Origin: Perkinsus olseni
Taxonomy: Eukaryota
Length of the DNA stretch: 64,000 nucleotides
Direction: 5' to 3'
Assembly: GCA_013115125.1 (NCBI GenBank)
Contig: JABANN010000008.1
Location: 62,001-126,000, forward strand
Each line of letters starts with the position of its first letter. The first letter of the stretch is position 1. A model generated the notes under the pieces. That model saw only the letters and a program-made list of their open reading frames with translations, was not told where the DNA came from and did no database searches. Both the position numbers and the translations under genes were made by a program. Below are positions 48,801 through 60,800 of this stretch, piece by piece.

Positions 48801-51800
48801 CTGCGTTCCGTTGCCCGGCTTGGCAGCGGTGTTTCCGTAGCCGGCTTGGCACGTATTGGGTCCCTCTATAAACTGTCGGTTATTGCAACTTCGAGTTTTA
48901 CCAGCTCTCTGTCCTTGAGGGCCATGGCCAGGCTTGGCTCGACAGCCTCTGTACTATCCGCCACCAAGATGGGAGACACAGTGTCTGCGGTAGGCGCAGC
49001 TCACTTCGGCTCCGCCTTATCCCTCCGGTCCTTCGGCCGTCTCGGATCCTCTGCTAGTGTCCTTGACTACGTCACGCTCGGCAGCTCCCTGTCCGTTCGA
49101 GCTCAGACCAGAATCGGCAGTGGACTATCGGTGACCGGGCTGGGTCGCTACGGGAACGCCATCTCGGTCCTGGGCAGCAGCTCTTACGGGTCTTCGCTTT
49201 CGCTGAGGTCGTTCGCTCGGCTCGGCAGCCACGGCTCTGCGCTGTGCCAAGTAGCGCTTGGCAGCAGCCTATCGCTCCGTGCCTTTGCTCGGTTCGGGAG
49301 TACCCTTTCGGCATTCGACGGCATCCGCGGTGGATCAGTCGCGAGCATATTCTCGTGGACTCGGCTGGGGGACACTGCGAGCGTCCTGGGCGCCGTGTAT
49401 GTAGGCTCTTCGTTATCACTGAGGTCATTCGCTAGACTTGGCAGCCAGCTCTCGGCCCTAGACTGTGCCGACCTGGGCTCGTCTCTATCACTGAGGGCAC
49501 TGGCAAGGCTAGGGAGTGTCACGTCTGCCTTCGCTGCTACAGCTCTCGGGTCGACGCTATCGGTCATCAATGAGCTGACCTTCGGCTCTTCCCTCTCGCT
49601 CCGGAGCTTCGGTCGGCTCGGCAGTCGCGTCTCTATACTAGAATCGGCATCATTGAGCTCCTCCCTGTCGCTGAGGTACTATGCTCGCGTCGGCGAGAAA
49701 GTGAGTGCCTTGGCCTTCGCTTCCTTCGGGAGCGCGCTCTCACTCCGAGCCTTCGGCCGTCTAGGCAGCACGTTGTCCATAGCCACCGGGCTTCACATTG
49801 GTTCCTTGACCAGCTCTTTCGGTTGGCTGAGGGCCGGCAGTACCTTGAGTGTTGTCGATGCAGTCAGCTTCAGCAGCTCCTGCAGTCTGCGTAGCCTCAC
49901 TAGGCTCGGCAGTAAGCTCTCAGTTCTCGACTACGCCAGCTGTGGCAGCTCCATGAGTTTAAGGAATGTCGCGAGGCTAGGCAGCGGCTTGTCGATGGTC
50001 GGCCTCCTGCGACTCGGCTCGGCCTACAGACTCTCGGTCATATCCGAGACCGATGTTGGTAGCTCTCTGTCCTTGAGGAGCTTCGCCCGACTTGGCAGCT
50101 CGCTCTCTATAGTTAGCAATCTGATTGGCATGGGGACGATGTCCGTCACGAGCCTAGCAGACTTCGGCAGTTCCCTCTCCCTGAGGAGCTTCGTTAGAAT
50201 GGGCTCCAAAGTAACAGTGATGGACTTCGCTACTTGCGGCAGCTCTATGTCCCTCCGTGCGCACGTGAGGCTGGGCAGTGCCATCTCTGTGGCAGGCAGC
50301 GGTCGGCTAGGCAGTGCCCTCAGCACGGTGAGTTGGGCGCGATTCGGTGGGTCCTGCTCTGCTGTAGGCTTCACTGCTCTTGGGTCATCCCTTTCGGTTC
50401 GGGCCTTCGCTCGAGTCAGTGGTGCCTTGAGTGCCTTGGAGCACGCCTGCCTTGGCAGCTCGCTCTCTGTGAGGGAGTTCGCCCGAGTAGGCAGCGGTAT
50501 CAGCGTCGTTGGTCTAGCCAGAGTTGGCTCTGTCTATAAGCTCTCGGTCATCGCCGGTACCGCTCTGGGCAGCTCACTGTCAGTGAGGAGCTTCGCCCGG
50601 GTTGGCAGTGCCATCTCGGTGACTGGTCTCGCTCGCATCGGCTCCGTGTTCAAGCTCTCTGTGATAGCCCAAACGGATCTAGCGTCTTCGCTGTCTCTAC
50701 GCTCCTTCGCTCGGCTGGGAAGCTCAGCAAGCGTCCTTGACTACACCGCTTTGGGAAGTTCGTTGTCCTTGAGAGGAAGTGCTCGTCTCGGTAGCGCACT
50801 CTCTCTATCTGCAGAGTCCCGGTGCGCCGGCTCGCTCAGCGGTCTCGACTTCGTGTCGCTCGGCTCCAGTCTATCACTACGGTCCTTCGTGCGGCTGGGC
50901 AGTAGGCTTTCTGTCGCATCGGATGCCAAGCTGGGTGCCTCTCTCAGCACACTGGACATGTTGGCCTGCGGAAGCAGCCTGTCGCTAAGGGCAATGGCTC
51001 GTTTCGGTAGCGTTGTTTCTCTGTACGGTCAAACAACGCTTGCCTCTACAGTCTCAGTGTTGGACTACGCCGTATTTGGCTCCACCCTATCCATTACGAG
51101 GTTCACACGCCTGGGCTGCTCTACCTCGGTATTCGACTTCGTCGGCCTCGGTAGCTCTTTGAGCCTCCGCTCCCTCACTCGGTTCGGCAGCCAGCTCTCC
51201 GTCTTCAGCCAGGCTCTGCTAGGAAGGAAGCTCTCGGTTCTTGACGCTTCCAGCTTCGGCAGCTCTCTGTCGCTTCGCGGCCTAGTTCGCCTCGGTAGCG
51301 GCTGCTCTGTGGTTGGGCTCTCTCGGCTCACGGGATCGCTCAGTGCATTGGACTACATACAGCTTGGGAGCTCCATTTCTCTCGGGTCGTTCGGACGCTT
51401 CGGCGCTAAGCTCTCGGCATTCGACGCTATGGTCTTCGGCAGTGCGCTGTCGATCAGAAGCTTCGCTAGACTGGGCTCTGGCCTGTCCGTGGACGGAGTC
51501 ACTCGGCTGGCTTCCGTGTACAAGGTGTCCGTCATTGCGAGTACCACGTTCGGCTCATCCCTGTCGTTGAGGTCGTTTGCTCGGCTCGGGTCGAAGGTCT
51601 CCGTGGCGGATTCTGCCGTCCTGGGCAGCTCCCTATCCCTGCGGAGCTTCATGAGGTTCGGCAGCGGCGTATCTTTTGCTGCGATCACTCGGTATGGCAA
51701 GCCGATCTCGACCTTCGGGATGGCCAACCTCGGCAGCAGCCTCTCTCTCAACGCCTTTGCTCGGCTGGGAAGTACCCTCTCTGTTTCTGGTATCTCGAGC

Positions 51801-54800
51801 CTCGGTAGCTCGGTCTCTGTCCTGGACTGCCTAGATTTGGGGTCTTCCCTGTCCCTAAGGGCGTTTGCTAGATTTGGCAGCACCGTGTCGGTGGCTGGCC
51901 TGACACGGGTAGGCTCCCTGCATGACCTCTCTGTTGTGGGCGTCAGTGCCTTCGGCTCATCGCTCTCTCTCCGATCCTTCGCTCGGCTCGGCAGCACGGC
52001 TACCGTGTTCGACTATGTCACCCTGGGTAGTAGCCTGTCTATACGGACCGCTACCAGACTCGGTAGCGCTCTGACAGTGTTCCAGTTTTCCAACCTGGGC
52101 AGCTCGCTCTCGCTCCGAGACTTTCTGCGGCTCGGGTCGGGCCTGTCGGCGTTCAGTACGGCCAGGATGGCTGCTGGCTTGTCGGTCCTCGAAATGGTGG
52201 CCGTAGGAAGCTCCATGTCCCTTCGAGCTTCGATGAGGCTCGGCTCTAATTTGAGCACCTTCTCGACGGCTCGCCTAGGTTCTGCGCTGTCTGCGTTTGA
52301 TGCCACGACCTTGGCTTCGTCTCTTTCTCTACGATCCTTGGCTAGGATTGGCAGTGTTGCTTCGGTCTTCGACTCTGCCCGGCTAGGGAAGGCTCTGACC
52401 GTGCTCGACTGCACTGCCCTTGGCAGCTCTCTCTCGCTCTCTAACTTTGCCCGACTCGGTGGTCGGCTCTCCGTGTTCGGCCTCTCCAGAGTAGGCTCCT
52501 CCGTGTCCGTGTTCGACTACGTCCTCATGGGCTCAGTCCTGTCCGTAAGAGGCTTCACTCGGTTCGGCAGCGAGATGTCGGTGGTCGGACGCGCCCGAGT
52601 GAGCAGCGGCCTATCAGTGCTTGACTACTCCCAGTTCTCCTCGTCCCTGTCTATCCGCAACTTCATCCGTACAGGCTCCTCCTTGAGCGTGCTCGCTGTA
52701 ACACGGATTGCCTCATCCGTCTCGACCGTGTCGATGGCAACCTTCGGCTCGGGCCTCTCTCTGCGGAGCTTCTCTCGAGCTGGAAGTGCGTTCAGCGTCT
52801 TCGGCAGATCTCAGCTGAGCAGCAGCCTGTCTATCTTCGACGGTGCTACGTTCGGCAGCTCACTAAGTCTCAGAGCCATCGCTCGACTGGGTAGCTCCGT
52901 ATCATCGTTCGGTAGAACTTCCCTCGGTTCCTCCCTCACGGTGCTAGCCCAGGGTCACATGGGCTCGTCACTGTCGCTGCGCTCCTTCTCACGGCTAGGC
53001 AGTAAGCTCAGTGCTCTGGACTTCGTCCTCTGCGGCAGCGCTGTGTCGTTGAAGGCCATGGCGAGGCTAGGCAGCTCACTGTCTTGCCTCGGTCGAGCTG
53101 TCATCGGTAGCAGTACGTCGGTGCTTGACGCCGTTCATCTGGGAAGCAGCCTATCCCTCCGGAGCTTCTCAAGGCTCGGCGGCTCACTGTCGGCTATCGC
53201 ATCAGCCACACTAGGCAGTTCACTGTCGTTGCGATCGCTCGCTAGATTTGGCAGCAGCCTCTCGACCGTCAGTCTTGCCCGGCTCGGAGGCACTTTGTCT
53301 GTGATAGGAGAGGCCCAGCTAGCATCCAGCTTGTCGCTGCGAGCCTTCGCTCGCTTGGGCAGCACCGCAAGCGTCCTCGACCTGGTTGAGCTCGGGAGTT
53401 CCTTATCACTACGAGGAATGGCAAGACTAGGCTCTTCAGTGTCCGTTCTAGGACTAGCCAGGGTCGGCTCTGTCTACAGCCTCTCGGTTATAGCACAGAC
53501 AGGGCTTGCCAGCTCCTTGTCCCTCCGGACCTTCGCGAGACTTGGGAGCTCTATGTCCCTAGTTAAGGGCGCTACTCTGGGGGAGCAGCTGTCGGTTCTG
53601 AGCTTCGCCAACTTCGGCTCGTCGGTGTCGCTGCGGTCGTTCGCTCGACTGGCCAGTACTCTCTCCGCTGTGGAAGCCTGCTCACTCGGCAGCTCTTTGT
53701 CGCTACGCGATTTCTCTCGGCTCGGAAGCTCCCTCTCGGTCCACTCGTGGACGCGCGTGGGTGAGTCTTTGTCCGTGGTAAGCGAGACTGCTTTCGGGTC
53801 CTCCCTCTCACTGAGATCCTTTGCCAAGCTATGCGGCCATCTCTCAGTCCTAGACTTTACCATCCTCAGCAGCAGCCTGTCGATTCGCTCCTTCGTGCGA
53901 GCCGGCAGCGGTCTTTCCGTGGCTGGTGTTCTCCGTGTCGAGTCGCTGGCTGAGCTCTCAGTGGTGGGCATCAGCAACTTCGGCAGTACCCTGTCTCTCC
54001 GCTCCTTCGCTCGGCTTGGCAGTTCCGTGTCGATCTTCGGTGACAGTTCCTTGGGAGGGGCCGTCAGTGCTGTCGACGCCACGACTCTCGGATCATCGCT
54101 CTCTCTCCGGTCATTCGCGAGGCTCGGTTCCAAGCTTTCAGTGATCGACTTCACCACGCTGGGCAGCGCCCTATCACTGCGAGGAGTAGCCCGAGTAGGG
54201 TCTGCTGTATCTACTGTGGGGCTAGCAAGAGTTGGCTCGGCGCTCACTGCCCTCGACCACGTGGCCCTCGGCAGTTCCCTGTCACTACGTGCTCTGACGC
54301 GCTTCGGAAGCTCACTGACGGTAGCGTCAAGCTGCCTTCTGGGGTCGTCCACAAGCGTGCTAGATGCCGCTGCATTCGGCTCGTCCCTCTCGCTGCGATC
54401 GTTCTCTCGGCTCGGCTCGACAGCTTCGGTTGTTGATTACACACACCTGGGCAGTTCCCTATCAGTCCGTGCCCTCTTCCGAGCCGGCAGCTCCGTCTCG
54501 GTGGCGCTTAGTGGCCTCTTGGGAAGTGGTATCTCTGTGCTCGATGGAGCCCTGCTCGGAAGCTCTCTGTCTCTCAGAAGCTTCATGAGGTTCGGCAGCG
54601 CTCAGTCCGTTACAGGGCTTGCTCAACTAGGATCGAGTCTGACGGTCCTCGATACGGTGGGACTCGGCAGCTCATTGTCTCTGAGGAGCATGGCCCGCTT
54701 CGGTAGCGGAATCAGTGCTTACGGTCTGGCCCGAGTTGGCTCGCTCTACCAGCTGTCCACCATCGCTGCCTCTCACCTGGCAAGCTCGCTGTCGCTAAGA

Positions 54801-57800
54801 TCATTCAGCCGCCTTGGCAGCTCCGTGTCGACGCTAAGCAGCGTACGCGTCGGCGAGGCCGTATCAGTGCTGGACGCCTGTGCACTTGGCAGTTCCCTCT
54901 CCCTACGATCAGTCGCACGGCTCGGCAGCGCAATCTCGGTTACGAGCCTGACTAGGGTTGGCTCTGTCTACAAGCTCTCTGTGATAACCGAGGGTCTCTT
55001 CGGCTCGAGCCTGTCGCTGAGGTCCTTCGCTAGGCTTGGCAGCAAGGCTTCTATACTCGATTCAGCGGAGCTCGGCAGCACCCTCTCGCTGCGCTCCTTC
55101 TGTTATATGGGTTCATCGACGTCCCTGCTCAGTCACGGTACTTTTGGATCGTCCCTATCACTGCGGTCGTTCGCCCGGCTCAGCTCATCGTTTACAGTTC
55201 TTGACTCGACTGCTATCGGCAGCAGCCTCTCACTGAGAGCTTTCATGCGGCTCGCAAGCGGTTTGTCAGTGCTGACGGATTCTCGCGTGGGTGCTGCCCT
55301 CTCAGTCCTCGATGAGGTCCATCTTGGAAGCAGCCTGTCACTGCGCAGCTACGCCAGGTTTGGCAGCTGCTACTCAGTGTTCGACTTCGTCGGTCTTGCC
55401 AGCTCGCTCTCTCTGAGGTCTGCTGCGAGGTTCGGCAGTGTTATGTCTGCTTGCTCTACAGCAAGCCTGGGCAGCCAGCTATCCGTGTTCGACAGCGTCC
55501 TCTTCGGTTCGTCGCTCTCGCTCAGATCGTTCGCACGTCTCGGCAGTGACTTAACACTAGTCGACTTGGCCGTGCTGGGCAGCAGCCTCTCTGTTAGGTC
55601 GATGGTCCGGCTAGGCAGCGGCGTCTCCGTCCTCGGCCTCGCCAGGATCGGCTCGGTGTACAAAATATCAACCATCGGCTTCACCCATCTGGGCAGTTCC
55701 CTCTCGGTTCGTCAGTTCACTCGCCTGGGCGCTGATCTCTCCCTGCTCGGCTTGCTGAGGACCGGCTCTAGCCTCTCAGTCGTTTCGATGAGTAGCTTGG
55801 GCTCGAGTCTTTCCTTGAGGTCTTTCGCAAGGCTGTCTGGTAAGCTGAGTGTCTTGGATAATCTTGCTCTCGGCTCCAGCCTGTCCTGCAGATCGCTCGC
55901 TCGGTTTGGCAGTACTGTATCGGCCTTTGGCGTCTCGAACCTCGGATCTTCCCTGTCGGCTATCGGCCAGGCTCACTTTGGCTCGACTCTCTCTCTGCGG
56001 TCGTTCATGAGGCTTGGAAGCTGCGCGACTGTTCTGGAGCATGCGCTTCTTGGTAGCTCGCTGTCCCTCAGAGGCGTGGCTAGATTCGGCAGTGGTCTCT
56101 CTGTGCACGGACTCGCGCGTGTTGGCTCGGTTTACAAGATCTCCGTGATCGCCGATGCCTCCTTCGGGTCATCACTCTCCATTCGATCGGCCGCTAGACT
56201 GTCATCGACTTTGTCGGTTCTGGACTGTGGGTCCTTCGGCAGTGCCATGTCTATCCGATCTTGTCTTCGAGTCGGGAGCGGCATATCGGCAGCTGGCCTA
56301 TGCCGCCTTGGCGCTGCTCTCACAGCGATCGGGTCCGCTCACCTGGGCAGCTCTTTGTCACTGCGTAACTTCGCCCGCTTCTCTGGTGCGGCCTCTGTAT
56401 TGGGCATGAGCAGCCTTGGCAGCAGTCTGTCGCTGAGGAGCCATGCTCGACTGGGGTCCAAGGTCTCTATCCTGGAATTCGTGAATATCGGTAGCTCGCT
56501 CTCCGTGAGGAGCTTGGCGAGGCTCGGCAGCAGCGTATCTGTGACGTCGTCAATCCGGCTAGCCAGCGCCGTATCGGTGCTCGAGGAGGCCACTCTGGGG
56601 TCCTCCGTCTCACTGAGGTCGTTCGCTCGCTTCGGCTCTAAGATGACCCTGCTGGATTTCAGTACTCTCGGCAGCACTCTCTCGCTAAGAGGGGCTGCTC
56701 GGTTGGGCAGTGGTATATCCATCCTTGGACTGACTCGACTGGGCTCGGCTTACAAGCTCTCTGTTATAGCCTGCACGACGCTCAGCAGTGCCCTTTCTAT
56801 TCGATCAGTCGCTCGCTGTGGTAGCGGCATCAGTGTGGTCGCCTCTGCACGGTTCAGTGGAGCGTTGAGTAGCCTTGACTTCGCCAACTTGGCTAGCACA
56901 GCATCTCTTCGTTCCTTCGCTCGCCTGGGCAGCACGCTCACGGCACTGGATTACGTGAGCTTGGGTAGCTCCCTCTCACTACGGGCCGCCTTCAGGCTTG
57001 GAAGCTCAGCATCCGCTAGCGGAGCCCTGCAGGTTGGTAGCTCTCTCAGCACCATTGGCGTGGTCTCTTTCGGGTCGTCGCTGTCCCTGAGGTCCTTCGC
57101 TCGCCTCGGAAGCCAGCAGAGTCTCCTCGACTACGCAGCCTTAGGTAGCACATTGTCCCTTCGAGGAGCGGCCCGGCTGGGCAGTGGCTGCTCTGTCTTC
57201 GGCATTGTCCGAGTAGGGTCAGTCTACAAGCTCTCGGTCATCGCTGCCACCAGTATGGCCTCCTCGCTATCTCTGCGATCATTCGCCAGGTGTGGCTCAA
57301 GCGCGTCCATATTAGACTACGTAACAGTAGGCAGCTCCCTTTCATTGCGTGGGCTGGCTCGTTTCGGTAGCAGCCTCTCTGCCGTTAGTCGCACCGACAT
57401 CGGTGGAGGGATCTCAGTAATCGACTGCGCTGCACTGGGCAGCTCACTATCTCTGCGGTCGTTGGCTCGTGCAGGGTCCAAGTGCTCAGTCCTGGACTAC
57501 ACTATGTTCGGCTCTACGATCTCACTACGCTCCTTCGCCAGAATGGGCTCGAAGGCGTCGATATGCGACTATGTTGCCCTTGGCAGCTCACTGTCGGTGC
57601 GGTCTCTTCTCCGCATAGGGAGTGCTATATCCGCAACAGCTGGCTGCCAGCTCGGCTGCCAGCTTTCTGTGATCGCAGCTGCGACCTTCGGATCCTCGTT
57701 GTCACTGCGGTCGTTCGCTCGGCTGGCGAGTAAGATGACACTTCTCGATGCAGCCAGTCTCGGTTCTGCACTTTCCCTTCGAGCCTTCGCTCGTCTGGGT

Positions 57801-60800
57801 AGCGGAATCTCCGCCATTGGGCTCGCCAGGGTCGGCTCGGTCTACAAGCTTTCAGTGATAGCCGGTGCCTCCTTCGGAAGCTCCTTAACACTACGGGCCT
57901 TCGGCAGGCTCGGCAGTACGATTTCAGTCAGTGGCTCGGCTTGGATGGGCAGTGCTGTGAGCACGCTTGGCCACGCTGATTATGGTTCCAGCTTGTCAGC
58001 AGTTGGACAGGCCTGCCTCGGTTCATCACTTTCACTGCGCTCCTTCGGCCGCCTTGGTGGGAGAGTGAGCAGCTTCGACGCAGTGATGCTGAGCAGCACT
58101 CTCTCCATCAGGGGAATGGCCAGACTCGGATCGAGCGTCTCCGTGACGAACCTGGCCAGAGCCGGCTCGGTCTACAAGCTATCAGTCATCGCTGCTTCCT
58201 CTCTGGCAAGCGGATTGTCTCTCCGTTCATTCGCCAGACTCGGCAGTACGGTGTCCATCTATGGCCGCACACAGCTCCATGACTCCCTGTCAACGCTCGA
58301 CGCTGTTGGCCTGGGCTCGTCTCTATCTGTGCGGTCCTTCGCTCGCCTGAGCAGTAAGATGAGTACCCTCGATTACAGCTCTCTGGGCAGCTCGATTTCG
58401 ATCCGAGCTTACTCGAGGATCGGGTCTACCTGTTCGACTCTGGGAGCCCTCAACGTCGGCAGCAGCTGCTCGGTCGTAGGCTCCGTAAGCTTCGGCAGCT
58501 CTCTTTCCCTTCGAGCGCTCGGTCGTCTGGGCAGCAAACTTTCCGTGTTCAGCGAGGTTGCCCTAGGCAGCTCCCTCTCACTCCGCAGCATCGGTCGATT
58601 CGGCAGCGGCTTGTCCGTGACCGGTTTGGCTCGCATTGGTTCGGTCTACAGCTTGTCCGTTATCGCCTCGACTGGACTTGCCTCCTCTCTGTCACTGCGT
58701 TCGTTCGCTCGTATCTCGGGTGACATTAGCGTCCTAGATGCCGTGGAGCTCGGGAGCTCTCTCTCTGTGCGGTCCTTCGCTCGGTTCGGTAGCAGTCTGT
58801 CTGTCGCCTCCGAGTTCAAGGTCGCTGACAGCATGAGCACGCTAGGCCTGGCCAACTTCGGCGGTCGCCTCTCCGTCCTCGACGCCGTCCACTGTGGCTC
58901 TTCCTTGTCGCTCCGATCATTCGGTCGTCTTGGCAACAAGATCAGCCTCTTCGATGAAGTGGACATCGGCAGCTCCCTGAGCCTCCGCAGCTTCGCTAGG
59001 CTCAGCAGCTGTGTCTCGGTCGCCGAGTCCCTCAGGGTGGGCAGCCAGGCAAGTGCTCTGTCCTTCGCTAGAGTAGGCGCGTCCGTGTCTGCATTGAGCT
59101 TTGCCAACTTCGGTTCATCATTGTCGCTCCGGTCGTTTGCAAGATGCGGCAGCAAGCTCTCTGCTCTGGACTACACGACGTTAGGGTCGAGTCTCTCTGT
59201 GAGAGCGGCCGTGCGGTTCGGCAGCAGCCTCTCAGTTGCCGGCCTGCAGCGCTTGGGGTCTGTGTACAAGATCTCATTGTTGGACTACATCATGGTCGCC
59301 AGCTCGCTGTCGCTGCGAGGCTTCGTCCGCCTCGGCAGCTCTCTGTCTGTCCTAGGAGCGACCACTGCGAGCAGTACAATCTCCGTCATCGGGCAATCCG
59401 AGTTTGGATCGTCACTCTCGTTGCGTAGCTTTGCTAGGTTCGGCTCGAAGCTCTCAGTACTGGATTATGTTCAGCTCGGTAGCTCCCTGTCTGTGCGCAC
59501 ATTCATGCGGGGTGGCTCGGCGATATCGACGCTCGGATCTGCCAGCCTCGGTTCCGCCCTGTCCGTCGTCGACCTTGTCGGCTTCGGTTCATCGCTTTCC
59601 TTGCGATCATTCGCCAGACTGGGGTCATCAACCTCAGTTCTAGACTCCGGTCACCTTGGCAGCTCACTGTCACTGCGAAGCCTAGCCCGACTTGGTAGCG
59701 GCTTGTCCGTCACCGGGCTAGTCCGTTGCGGGTCTTGCTACAAACTATCTGTTATCGCGAGCTCTTCGCTGGCCTCCTCGTTATCATTGCGATCGTTCGC
59801 TCGTTGTGGCAGCAAGGTTTCGGTTCTATCCGAGGCGTCTCTTGCCAGTTCACTATCTCTTCGAGGCTTGGCTAGACTGGGCAGTTCGTTCTCGGCTATT
59901 GGGTCCTCAAGCCTCGGCTCGCGTGTGTCAGTGCTAGGTGAAGCTAGCTTTGGCAGTTCGCTGTCGTTGAGGAGCTTCGCACGGCTAGGCAGCAGATTGA
60001 GCGTGACTGACTACGTCAACTTCGCCAGCACCTTGTCGCTCCGCTCAAGCCAGAGGATCGCTGGGCGGCTGTCTGTACTGGACACTGCAAACTTGGGAAG
60101 CTCTCTGTCGCTGAGAGACTTTGCCCGTCTGGGGAGCTCCGTGACCGTCCTCGGCCCGGTCGCCGCTTCGTCGTCCTTGTCCATCCTCGGCAGGACATTC
60201 GGTCAAGCTGTAACGGCCCTGGACTCGGCTCATCTTGGATCGTCTTTATCGGTCCGCTCCTTTGCCAGGCTCGGTTCCAAGCTCAGCGTTTTTGATGAGG
60301 TCACGCTCAGCAGCACGCTGTCGCTGCGTTCTGTAGCCCGGCTGGGGAGCGGTGCCTCTCTCCTTGGAGTGCTCAGGCTTGGATCATGCTACAGCCTCTC
60401 TGTTATTGACAGCGTTGCCCTAGCGTCGTCCTTATCACTGCGGTCGTACGCGAGGCTAGGCAGCAGCATATCAGTAGTCTCGCAGGTCGTCCTGTCCGAC
60501 TCTCTATCTGCGCTGTCTTATACGAGGTTAGGCTCTTCCCAGTCTGTGCTGGATTGCGTCCAGCTCGGCTCCTCACTATCTCTTCGCAGCTTCGCTCGGC
60601 TGCGCTCGAAGATGTCCGTCTTCGACTACACCAACCTGGGCAGCTCATTGTCCTTGCGAGGGGTATCGAAGCTAGGCAGCTCAGCTTCTGTCTTCGGCCT
60701 TGGGCGCTTGGGCGAGTCCCTCTCAGCCTTTGACTCCGTGTCGTTTGGCTCTGGCCTGTCCCTCCGAGCATTCACGCGGCTCGGATCGGTAGTGTCAACC

